Positions 49,170-60,758 of a DNA stretch of 64,000 bases are shown here, piece by piece. Made by a program: the position numbers and the translations under genes. Origin of the DNA: Isurus oxyrinchus (taxonomy: Eukaryota); assembly GCA_026770705.1 (NCBI GenBank), contig JANJGN010000152.1, forward strand, positions 806,001 to 870,000, given 5' to 3'. The first letter of the stretch is position 1. Each line of letters begins with the position of its first letter. Below the pieces are notes generated by a model that saw only the letters and a program-made list of their open reading frames with translations, was not told the DNA's origin and ran no database searches.

Positions 49170-51689
49170 ATGCCACAACGTTCCTTTCATCAGGCCAGGG
49201 CAGCGGGTTAACTGTTGTATCTCCAAAATCTGACTCATTTTGTAATAAATAGCAATTTAATAATTCAAATCAGAATAATTTAATGGTATGTGAGGGTCCA
49301 TTGGACAATAGGATCACAAAGTAAACCCACATATTGAAGGATAGGCTTCAGATACTAAGCAATGAGTGGGACAGGTGAGTGGAAGATATGGAAAATGGAG
49401 GGAGGAATAAAGAGCCGAGGTGAGATCAGTTTTCTGAAGCAATGGACTGTACAGTTAGAGGGGATCGATGATAAAGGGGAAAAGCTAAATCTAAAAATCT
49501 TGTGATTTGTTTATTTCTTTGCTCCATGTGCTTTTGTAATCTGAGTGAGAGTTGTAGAGATATTCATCTTCTGCTGCTAACGAGTTCATGTCAACGAGAA
49601 CCCGCTCTACATCTTACCCTGGAGGCTATGAAACCAGTCTAGAGCTATTCTCCCTCCTGTCACATTAAACCAATGAGAGGTGTGATTATATGTGCATCTT
49701 TTTATTTTTGTGTGTTTATGAATATACCCTGTGTAGGTAAGGAAAGCTGTGCCTGTGTATGTTCAGGGTTAATCAATGCAGAGGTTCCTGGAGTCAAATT
49801 CTTTGTGAAGTCTAAGGGGTGAAAGAGTAAATGTGTTATCTCTTTGCATTTGAATTGAGGTCTTGTGGTGGGTTTTAATTTACAAGTAAACAAAGTAGAT
49901 TTGAAATATACATTTGGTGTTGTGTTAAAATTCATGTGCAGCTCGTGCATTTCAAAAGAGGTTCAAAGAACATTTTCATCTTACTGGAGATTCGTGAGAT
50001 GCGAAATAAAGGTAACATAGGAACATGAAAGGTTTTAATATTTGGGAAACCCAACGTTAAAGGGGTTTGTGAAGACAATGGGGAACATGAAAAAGAAAAA
50101 AAGTATTTAGGAAAGCAGCCTTTAAGCTGCAGTGAATTGCTGGGGGCGGGAGGAGGAGGGCGGCGGGGGCGGGGATGTCTCACTGGAGACCAGCTCCTTT
50201 GTTTTGCATGTGAAAGGTTTTTAATTGTAGAAAGTAGCAGCCTGAGGCCTGGAGAACATTGGTCCTGTGAAACAGTTTGTTAGAATCTGCTTTTTCAAAA
50301 CCACATCAGCACGTTTTGTTTCTGGGAAGCTGTAGATTGTACTTCTATTTGCAGTCGAAGGCAATTTCTTAACTTGGGTAATATTTCATGGATATTTCAG
50401 TTAAGACACTATAAGGGCAGTTGTCAAAAAGGTAGTTCATTGTGGAACTTAGGTGAAAGTTAAATTAAAGCGTGAGCTAATTCTTTCGGTCTGTAAAATT
50501 GTTTGTTCAGTAACAACAGGTATCATTGTTCTAATATGAAGACCCCATAAATAACTGCGAAGAATTACAGAATCAAACTTCAACCACTGGTTCCCTGATC
50601 TGTCAGGAAAGGGTCACTGGAGTCACAGTTAGCAGCATCCTGTTGGTGAAGCTGCTAAATGTAAGAGGAAGAATTAACGCTGGAATAAACCAAAATCATT
50701 AATAATCACAAGAACCAATCAATGAATTCTGTCCCCTCCCACCATTCTGCTACCCCACCCCACCCTTACACACATGATCCCAAAGTTTTTAACAACGACA
50801 CCATCACGCCTATGAAAAAAGTGACTCTTAGGGAGAAATTAAACGTGCTAAAAGAGAACACTGTAAGAATTTACTGAAGAAAACTTAAAATCCTCAGGTA
50901 GACATGGCTGCTAAGCATATTAAGAGTTGACAATTAACAGATGAATATTGCACAGACTTGAGAATCAGGCTGAAGACACAAGCAGGGCATAAAATAGATT
51001 AAGTGTATTCCCCTTTCACATAGGGAAGGGGCAGATGGTTTTAACTTAGATATGGGAAGACATACAATGGACAAAGAGGGGGCTTTGATGAAACACAAAC
51101 AGTCTTGAGCTGTGAAAACCAAGGTCTTTGTTGTACGAGTTTTAATTTTGATTGGATAACATAATTATGTATATCTCCTTTAGAATAATTGGTTAGCAAA
51201 ATCACATGTTTATTTACTCAATCGGATGGGGTTACCATGAGACCGGTGTGTCGGTTACCGATTGGATGTATTCAAATGTATTCAAATTTATTATGATAAG
51301 AAAAAGTACATAAGTAATGAAAAGTAATCAATCTGGGAACTGGGTCTTCATTCTTAGAAATGATTGCAGCTGCCTTGCATATGCTTGATTAAAACCGGTT
51401 AAAAGAAGCCTGAGAGTCTCTGGTCTCTTTGTAATTGGAGAGTGTAACTTCACCTCTTCCACTTTGCGGGATCGGAGGGTGCACCCTTCTGCACTGACTA
51501 TAGCCGAATTCGAGGTGTTTCCACTAACTGACAGCCAGATCACCACTTACCGGACTCAGGACACCACCGAAGATAGAGGAAAGTGAGGTGAGAGCATCAT
51601 GAGACACGGCAGCAGATCATTGAGAGTGAAGATGGAAAAGGGCGCCTTCAAATATCCAACTCCCCTTTTACAGAGCGGACAGTGGCAAT

Positions 51690-51990
51690 GTGGCGACTCA
51701 GCATCTGGGCTGTGTCAGGCAGCTGAAGCCTTGAAATATTTCAACTGATGAACTTAGTCGAGGTCTGTAGATCTGTAGAGAAACGACTTCGTCAAACTCT
51801 GCTTCATCTAAATTACCAAGAGAATATTTCCACAGTCGAAACTCGGGCTGCATGTCTGAGTGTTGCCGGTAACGGTATAAATTATATCTGCTCCAAGCAG
51901 TATCATAGATGTGGCTTAAATTCAGCGTAGCTCCTTCTGCCTTGGCATCTGAGGAAAGCGACTGAGTAATATAATCCCTGTGAATCATAT
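51690..51990 (-). pseudogene. TCR V pseudogene (delta-like)
   Basis: DYITQSLSSDAKAEGATLNLSHIYDTAWSRYNLYRYRQHSDMQPEF..LQLPDTA; Cys and Trp lost, frameshift. Confidence 0.8.
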
Positions 51991-53118
51991 TTGAAAAACA
52001 GGGCCCATCGGGAAAAAAAAAATATTGACTCACGGATGTTTAAAATTCAGATTCAATCCATACTTTGGAAATTAGAGGTAAAATAAAACTTGTTTAGTCC
52101 AGATTTACCTTTTAGTAATGATGCCTGCGGTGCATCACTGCGCTCCCTGGGACACAGAGCTGTGGAATGCAATTCCACACCTGCACAACAAACCTGCTTT
52201 GGACTGTGTGTCTGAGCTCCTATCTGTTGACGGGTGTGCGCAATCGCACCAATGAAGCATTTCAAACAAGATGCGAGAGGAAACCAAATAAACCTTGAAT
52301 AAGGTTGTCACCAACAGTTTCCAGGAGCGGCCGAGAGGAACAAACTTCAGAATCCAATCGGAGCGACGCCAAAGATAAATCTGCCAATTAAACTCTCCTT
52401 CCCGTTTCTAATCAACTATTTCTGTCACTAAAATCAGGGAGCTATGTTGAGATAATCTCCAAGGAAGAGGGTACTGAAACCCAACCTCCATTGAACCTGA
52501 GCGACAACATATTACAGAACCTGAGACCGGGGTCACGTTAATGGGACAATCTACCGATCGCAAAGTGAATCGCGGAGCTGGAGGGAAGTGAACAACGACA
52601 AACTGAACAGAAGGGGTTAATTAGAAGTAAAAACAGATAAACCAGAGAAAATGAAACCTATAGCTTAATAAAATTTATTCAACTGAACAATGCAACTGAT
52701 TGAATGAAAAGAAGATCTGGTCAATGCCCTTGAGTGGGGTTGCCCCGGTGGATCAGCTCAGTGCACGTCTGTCCTCAATGGTTAAATCCGTTTTCTTCAC
52801 CTCCTTTCTCTCTCTTTTCTTCCTATCTCTTTTTGCTGTCTCTTTCAGTAGTTTCCTGAATATATGTCCTGTTCAAGTGTTATTACTGCACTTTTTCTCT
52901 CGTTCTTTTGCGCTACATATTCTGTCTTACGTCTTTACTCTTCCTTTTTCTTCGTCTATGTTTGCAGCTCTGTTTATTTCTGACTCTCTTTCAATCTTTC
53001 TCTCCTATGTTTTCTTTATTTTGGCACTCATATCTCCTACCTACGGATCATTTTATAACGGCGCCACTCGCAATGCTAATGGTCCAAAAACAGTAAAGCG
53101 GCTCTCGCACTCGGTGCA

Positions 53119-53157
53119 GGTTTCTGTACGAGCTCCCCATATGTTTGCTACACTGTG
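53119..53157 (-). other. 23-spacer RSS
   Basis: CACAGTG-23-ACAGAAACC. Confidence 0.95.
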
Positions 53158-53490
53158 GCCCACAGCGCAGAGATAGGTGGCAGTGTCAGTAGCTTGGGCA
53201 TCGCTCACAGTCAGGATACTGAGTTTGCTGCCTTCACCGATTGAAGCCGTGATCCTCCCTTGTTGACCGGTTCCTCTTGTGGCCATTACCAGATACTGGG
53301 GTGGCTGATTCGGGAGCTGTCTGTACCAAAACACGTGGTTAAACGCTGTGGTGCGAGTGCAGTTCATGGCTACGATTTCCGCTTCCCTAAAGACCACCTG
53401 CCCAGGGAGCTGCACCAGCTCATCCTTACCGGCCACCTCCTTGTAGATCAGAGTGAAAAACAGCAAACAGATTATGTAAATTCTGATCAT
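53158..53490 (-). CDS. Intact single-exon (intronless) leader+V TCR gene segment
   Basis: 111 codons: MIRIYIICLLFFTLIYKEVAG-KDELVQLPGQVVFREAEIVAMNCTRTTAFNHVFWYRQLPNQPPQYLV..DTATYLCAVG, directly followed by an RSS. Confidence 0.92.
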
Positions 53491-54274
53491 TATCAGATCA
53501 CATGAAAAAGCGGCTGAAACGATTGCCCAGGGAGGTCAGGTTAGAAGCAGAAGATGGATATTATATTCAGCAGAATTAACAAGAAGCTACACACGGGCTT
53601 CAGGTCCAACTCAGAGGCGCCTTATTGTCGAACTAATATAAGAAGCTTAGTCTTGGGATTTACCCGCCCACACTCAGCGTGTCACACTGACACCAGCTCA
53701 CACTGTTTGTGATCTCGCTCCGGTCCGCCCACATTCAATTTTCTCATTGGTTCACACTGCTCTCTGATGGCATGTACCGGTAAGTACATGAGTTCCCGCC
53801 CAGCTACAGTACACAATATAGTTAGATAGACAAATTAGAACAGCTATTCTCTCCCTCTTACAATAGGTTTCTTTTCGGGGGAGACCCTACATCTCGCCTT
53901 CAACTGCAGCATCCAACGATTCGAGTGCATTGTCTTTCCGCATTCTGACTGAAGCTTTATTCCAGATTGCGATCATTCTCAGTGTGACAACAGAAAGATT
54001 TGCCCAACAGTCTCCTTTCATATTGTGAACCCGTGTGCTTCCCCACTTGGATGCAGCGCGAACTTTTTTTTTCAAATATTAACAACATGCCAACAGTAAT
54101 AGCAACATTGACAGCTCATTATAATGAATTACGTTAAACAATATAAAACATGCTATGAATATTAAAATAATTTTTGTTTCCACATGTGTTCCTTCAATGA
54201 CATTTTCTTCAATAAAGTTACCGAATATTGTTCTCAAAATGGAATTCTCCCCAACACTGATCACAACAGTCTCC

Positions 54275-54306
54275 CACTGCCCACTGGTGGCGGTGATTGG
54301 AACTAC
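54275..54306 (-). promoter_or_regulatory. Candidate CTCF element with an upstream module
   Basis: Minus strand reads GTAGTTCC-aatca-CCGCCACCAGTGGGCAGTG, about 790 bp upstream of the intronless V ATG. Confidence 0.7.
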
Positions 54307-55134
54307 AAGGTGCAGCTTTCCAGCACTTGTTAACCTTCCGGATTCAAGATTGCATTTAACAATTTTTCTATAGCACTTTGTTCTTCTTTCTATGTTTTCT
54401 CTTTGCACTTTGGATGGAAACTCGAAGGGATGAATCTGCTTTCCTTAAGTACACCTCCGCCAGAGCTACATTTCATTTCTTTACTTGCCCCATTACATTT
54501 TTCCCTTGGGCCACCTCGCCTGTAACTTTTAACCTATCCTGCCAGCCACCGTTTCACTGATCTACCATTTTCTTCTTTATGTAATGCCGCCTATGCCTGC
54601 CTCCGTAATTATTTACAACCTGTTACATCTACAGTTTTTTCCAGTTATGATGAATATCATCGACTAAAATCTGTTTCCGACTCTCCAAAGCTGCAAACCT
54701 GCTGAACTTCTCCAGAGTTTTATAGTTTTACTTCAGACACTATGCAGTTCCTGCCGTGCACCAGTTCATTCGATCATTCGGTATGTTGGAGACCATGCGG
54801 CCAATTTAACATCAATCATTCGCAGATGTTCTGAACCTTCCCCCACGATGCCCCAAATATTTCCTTGAACTCTGTAGAAGTCTCGACGTCTTCCATTCCA
54901 GCTGGGAATTTATTTCACAAATTCACATTTGAACTCCTGCCCCCGCCCCCAATTCGACTCAACAATTCAGTTTACAGTAAACTTGCGGGATATGTTTTCA
55001 ACACATGAACATTCTGATACTGATCTAAGTGTTGTTGCATTCAGGCACTCGGATAGGACGTTGATTGAAAAAATGACATGTCCTTCAGCAGCGGGGCAGG
55101 AGGGCTGGAAACTGTCTCCTTGGGATAGTTTATT

Positions 55135-55310
55135 TCACAGAAAGAAGGGGGGATCACTGAGACAGCAAGTGCAGACAGCACAATTTCTCGCAGGCGGACA
55201 CTACATAGGATAACACCACCTATTAAAGGCCCTCCCAGAACTTTCAGTTTGCTGCTATACCTCTGATCCTCCTGAGGACAGCGGTTGAGTGACAAAATCT
55301 CCATGACTCA
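55135..55310 (-). pseudogene. Internally deleted V relic
   Basis: SHGDFVTQPLSS start, as at 13393 and 40649; the rest is decayed. Confidence 0.45.
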
Positions 55311-55774
55311 GAACAACAGGAAAGATCAAACTGGCGGGTATTTAACATTCACCTTTGAACCATGTAGGAAATGAGAGGGAAAGAAAAATGTGTTTGACCC
55401 TCCACTAACGACACCACCATCATTTCACAAAGGACAATAACTTGATTAGTGCCATCAGCAGGAGAATGGGGGTTTTATTCGGAAGGACACACCTGCTGCG
55501 AAGTGTTAGAGTTATCAGGAATAATAAGAGATAGTTCCGCTTTTCACTGCCTTTGTCGGTAACTCTGCAGTGAGTTCCTCTGTCACAGCAGTAATACAGA
55601 GTGCCAGTCCCACTGTGATATCTGTGATACTGGAGAGATTGCTGCCATTATTTACTCATTGCCATTCATTGGGTCAGCAGAGCAGAAGGGTGCCATTGCC
55701 CTGCCTTTTCCCCATCCCCCGACACATTATTTCCATTCAAATAATCATCTAATGCCCTCTTGAATGCCATGTGC

Positions 55775-56025
55775 AACAGTGCTGCCCTTACCGGGAATGT
55801 TATAACTTCTTGTTGGGTAAATGAATAGGTTGAAGAGTTTGCCTGTAATGTTTCTGATAACAGTCGAAATGATAAATTTCGAGCACTTTTCTGACATATC
55901 CTATGCCAGTGAATACTCTCAAGAGCCTCTGGTGATTACATTTTACTGCATTTCATTCGATTGTCCTTCTTGTGTAAGGATCCGCTGTGACTGGTGGATC
56001 ACAGTCTCTCCATCGAAAGCTGCTG
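55775..56025 (-). pseudogene. 3'-truncated V pseudogene (paralog of 9544-9827)
   Basis: Direct homology to 9590-9830. Confidence 0.75.
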
Positions 56026-57087
56026 ATACAAATGACAAGAAACATGTTCTGTTGGCAACACTATTCTCCGCAAAGTCCTCACCTAAAATCAAAACTGTGA
56101 AGCTGTAATTCCATTCATTGCTTTTTCCTGGTTCTTGAACACGTTGGATCAGGAATATTACTGGAGAATTGGTTTAATTTGGGGTCATTGAGATTTACAA
56201 TTAAATATATTTTTATGGTAAATATCTTTCATATCGTTGGCGAGGGAAAGGGAGCAAACTGACGCCGATGGATTTTTTTCCATTGACATGCCCTCTGGAG
56301 CCAGGTTTTTCACTTTTCCTCATCAATAAAGATACAACTGTCTCCCTAACACAGGGTTCCAAAGAAGAGTTACATTGAACTCGAAACGTTAACTCTGTTT
56401 CTCTCTCCACAGATGCTGCTAGAACTGTTGTGTCTTTCCAGCACTTCCTGTTTTTGTTTCAGATCTCCAGCATCCACAGTGTTTTGCTTTTATACAAGGA
56501 TGGACCTCTATTGTGTCTGATGGGGACTGAGTACATCAATTGGTTTGAGGCTGCCTTTTCTGATGAATTTAATTCGGGCCCAGAAAATGATTAGACACCG
56601 CATTTGGTTTTGGAAACGAATGTCCTGATATAAAATGGAGAGTTTCTGAGGCCTGTTGTTGTGGCGACTAACTTCCTCTTCTACAACAGTAACAGGCATC
56701 TAATCCTGAAGACTCCCCAGGGAATGGAATGTAAAAACAGCACTTGGATAACTTCAATGAATCAAATAATTACGATGGACTAGAGGGCCGCCTGGGCGGC
56801 TAAATATTTGTTTTTCAAACGTGTATGTGAGGGACAGGCAGATGGAGAAGCACATTGAGAGGCAGAGAGGAACAAAAACTGTGGGTGAGACAATGGCAAA
56901 AACACAGATGGAGATAGAGGGAGAGAGACTGAGTGAGGGGCAGAGAGGTAAACGCAGATGGAGATAAAGAGAGAAAAACAGGAGGGAAGAGAACGATACA
57001 ATTGAAGGAGAGAGATGGAGATAAGCAGAGAGAGATAACAGAGGGAGAGACATTAAGAGAAATGAGAAAGAGAGGGAGATTTAGGGG

Positions 57088-57450
57088 GAGGCAATGGCCT
57101 AGTGGTATTGTCGCTGCACGAGTCATTCAGAGAGCCAAGGTTTACCCTCGGCAACGCTCTGGGGATCGCCATAGCAGATGATGCAATTTGAATTCAATTA
57201 AAAAAAAACCTTGAATTAAACGCCTAATGATGATCATGAAACCATTGCGGATTGTCATAAAAACCCATTTGGTTCACTATGCCCTTTAGGGAAGGAAATC
57301 TGCTGTCCTTACCTGGGCTGGCCCATATGTGACTCGAGACCTGCAGCAATGTGGTCAGCTCTTAAATGCCCGCTGAATAAGGTCAATTAAGGATGATCAA
57401 CAAATGCTGGCCCAGCCAGCGACGCTCACATCTCACGAATGCGTAAAAAA
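57088..57450 (+). mobile_element. tRNA-derived SINE (duplicated copy of 10800-11163)
   Basis: Same element at the paralogous position. Confidence 0.8.
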
Positions 57451-58954
57451 AGTTGAAGATACACTGAAGGGAACAGATGCAGCAACATGAAGACATGCAA
57501 ACTGAGAAATGAAGAGAAAAAATTAAAAATATAGCGAGTGAATCAAAGGGAGAGACTGTGATAGAAATGGAGACAAAGAGAGGAAAACAGGTGAAGATAC
57601 GGAGAGATAAACAGGAGGAAAGGGAATGATAGAAATCAGTGAGATAAACAGTCCGAGAGACACTGAGAGAAATGAGGGAGAACGGAGACAGGGAGGGAAA
57701 TAAATGAAGACACATTGAAGGAAACAGATGCAGAAATATGAAGACAATACAGATTGAGCAACGAAGAGAGACGAAACGAGAGAAACCGGCATAGACAGCG
57801 AGGGAATCTAAGGGATATAGTGAGAATAACAATGCTCGAAAGAGGCAGGAATTCCAGGAAGTCAAAGAAAAATAAGATAAGATAGCAGGCGATAGGGAAA
57901 GGATAATTTCCGAGAGGCATTTGGCCTCCTAGATTAATAGAGCAGTTTCATAACCACCATGTTACCGTGCCCATATCCGCTGCAGTGAATGCACAGAGAC
58001 GATCAGGGTACTGCAATTACTGGAGCATGATATTGTTGCATGATTATGTCGCATTTCTAGAGTTCTTCTTATTATTGTAACGTATCTTAGTGCAGGTGAA
58101 CTTATACACGCGAGCTAATTTAAACTTTACTTTAAATCCTAGCGGTTCCCTTGTTTATTTTAATACCTCGGCCATTGCTGGTTAAAAGAAGCTTGCTTTA
58201 ACGAAATGAAACAACCGAGATCCCGATGGGATGCCGAGTCTTAAATATCAACACAGACAAAGAATAGGACGCGTGCCATAGTTGGGATGTAAACTTAACA
58301 GTTTCCATTTTAATGCTGCCTCCGAGCTGCGGTTAAGTAGTTTATCTATTGTAGCTGCTCCTGTTGATTGAGGACTTTTCTGAACTTATTGAAATGGGAG
58401 ACTGGGAAAAATTGGATTTTCTGCATTCTGAAATTAGAGAAATCGGGTGACAGAGAAAGAGGCAGAGAAAGCATGTGTGACGGAGGGTCAGAAACAGCCA
58501 GAGGGGAGTTACAGCCACAGAGACCGAAAGACAAAGCGAGCCAGAGAGATCCTGAGACCAAGGGAGATCTCGAAAACCCGAGAAAGACAGGGAGAAAGAG
58601 AAACTCAGAAGAAATAATCGGCCCAAACTATGGCCGATTAAGTATGACTCCAACCAGCGGAGAATTTTCTCCTGATTCCCATTGACTCCAGTTTTGCTAG
58701 GGCTCCTTGAAGTCACAATCCATCAAATGTGGCCTTGATATCAACGGTAGTCACGATCACCTCACTTCCTCACCTGAAAAGCCATTTAAAATTCAGTTAC
58801 TGTCTGTCGAAGTCTACACCAGACACTACGTACTCTCTACGGCCCTTTCTGATAACGGTCATGCTGTTTGTTAATTCTATATTTAAAGCGTCATTGTCTA
58901 TTTCATGTGTTAAATTCAATTCCAGACTTTGACACCTTCTTTGTTTTGTTACAG

Positions 58955-59245
58955 TAACAAGTGGTGTCAACCAAGTGTCCCAAGATCCCGTTGAGTTAAC
59001 TGTGTGGGAGAACAGACCGTAATGATCTGCTATAGTTATTCCATGCCTGTGAGCTTTCTCTACATCTGTTGGTACATCAAATGTTCGGGTAAGCTCCGAG
59101 ACATTTACTGAAGAGCTATAACTCGGGCCATGGAGTCGAGTCTCAAAATTTCCCAGGCCGGCTCTCTGCTGATTTGGACAAGGCCGAATACAACAATACA
59201 AATGTTTCAAAATAAACCTGTCAGCTCCTGTTCTCTGTGAGCTCG
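58955..59245 (+). pseudogene. TCR V pseudogene (paralog of the 15803 gene)
   Basis: VNQVSQDPVELTVWE.. with shared frameshifts. Confidence 0.8.
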
Positions 59246-59308
59246 GGAGCAAACTAAAGTCGCAGATAGACATTAAAAACACTTAGCTGAGTAGTGAATA
59301 CTCGCTGA

Positions 59309-59809
59309 GTTTTCTGTACGGGTTTTCGGCTTTTAACTGACACTGGGCCTCAGAGCGCTCTCCGCACTCAGGCCACTTATTTTGAGATAACCGGACTTCT
59401 TAGATGCGGCAGCAGCCGCCAGTTATCGTCCTGAGATTTCAACTATTTTCAGTCCTATTAGTTTGCTGATTACCCAACTTACAGGTTGTGCCGCTTTCTG
59501 CCGATACCATTGCATACTGTATATATACAATCTAACTGCACCGAGTCCCCTTCCGGCGCAGTTATTGTCACCGGTGATTACGTTACTGGATCTGCACATA
59601 GTCCGCCTGTGAAAATAGATGAAGAAAAGAGCAGAAATTTAAAGAGACTCAATCGAACTCTATGAGTATTAGTAAATTCCAATTTACCAAACTATGATTA
59701 CCTACATCAATTCCTAGTACAAGCTCTTTGAACCAATCTGTTAATCTATATTGATAAACATAATCCAGCACTTACTGTCCAACAGAGCCGCCAGTATTAT
59801 CAGAAACAT
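59309..59809 (-). pseudogene. TCR V pseudogene (paralog of the 16194 and 34033 genes)
   Basis: Leader MFLIILAALLD (59776-59809); exon 59348-59606 with a stop and YYC deleted; RSS CCCAGTG-23-ACAGAAAAC. Confidence 0.85.
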
Positions 59810-60284
59810 GACTGAGTGAAACTCTCTCAGTGAATGTGAATGGAAAGTTCCAGAGATTGAGAAGGAGAGAGTGAACCCGGGCTCTGTTCATCTCATTGTT
59901 CCACCCACACACTGCAGGGGGCCAGGCCCACTGTTGCCATAAGACTATAAGTGCAGAAATAGGCCATTCAGTCCACCAATCTGCTCCGCCATTCAACAAG
60001 AGCATGGCTGATCTCATAATATGCAACTCCAGTTTCCTGCCTTTTCCCCATAACCCTTGATTCTCCTACTGATTAAAAATCTGTCCTCGGCCTTGGATAT
60101 ATTTAACGGCCCTGCCTCTGCAGTCCTCTGGGATAAACAGATTCACCATCACTGAGGGAAGAAATTCCTCTTCATCCCTGTTTTAAATGGGCGACCTCTC
60201 ACTCTGACAGACCTTACTCAGGGTACCATCTTTATTGGCTTTAGCTTTGATGACACGTGACATTCTAATTAGCATGCTTGGGTT

Positions 60285-60303
60285 TGGCGCCCTCTGCTGG
60301 CGG
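60285..60303 (-). promoter_or_regulatory. Candidate CTCF element
   Basis: Minus strand reads CCGCCAGCAGAGGGCGCCA, identical to 17133-17151. Confidence 0.75.
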
Positions 60304-60758
60304 ATTATGTTCAATCCGTTCGAGAAGTTCGACCATCGAGTGGATTTCGCGTTCATTGATTCACAGATCAAAACACCAATGTCAGATATGTTCTCTTAGA
60401 AATCTAAATTGGATCTAATCAGACTCGGTCTTTATTTTTCTTGATGTTTATGGCGGAAAGCAATGATAATTCTTTATAAACCACTCTTTAGCCACCATTT
60501 ACATGAATGTCAAGGTGTTGCAGAAAGTAGATTGGGATGTACCAGGGGAGATGTCCTCAATGTAAGCAGGCTAGAGAAGCAGTTATTAGTCTTCTTCTGT
60601 CAAATTATCAAAGGAGACATTTAATCGAAATATTGAAAAAGATAAGAAATTTGATGAGGTATATTGTGTATAATTGTTTCCATTAGCAGAAAATTCGAAA
60701 ATCCAAGACCATCATTTTGTGAGCAAAAAAGAGGGAAATATTATATTCACTTATTACA

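Noticed and set aside
49680-51450. Possible solo LTR sequences
   Set aside because: I could not establish termini, a target-site duplication or internal coding sequence
55575-55660. TLYYCC followed by CACTGCA on the minus strand
   Set aside because: Could be a V 3' remnant, but too short and with no nonamer
56750-57920. Hydrophobic Ser/Leu/Phe-rich ORFs
   Set aside because: Translations of (GA)-rich low-complexity DNA
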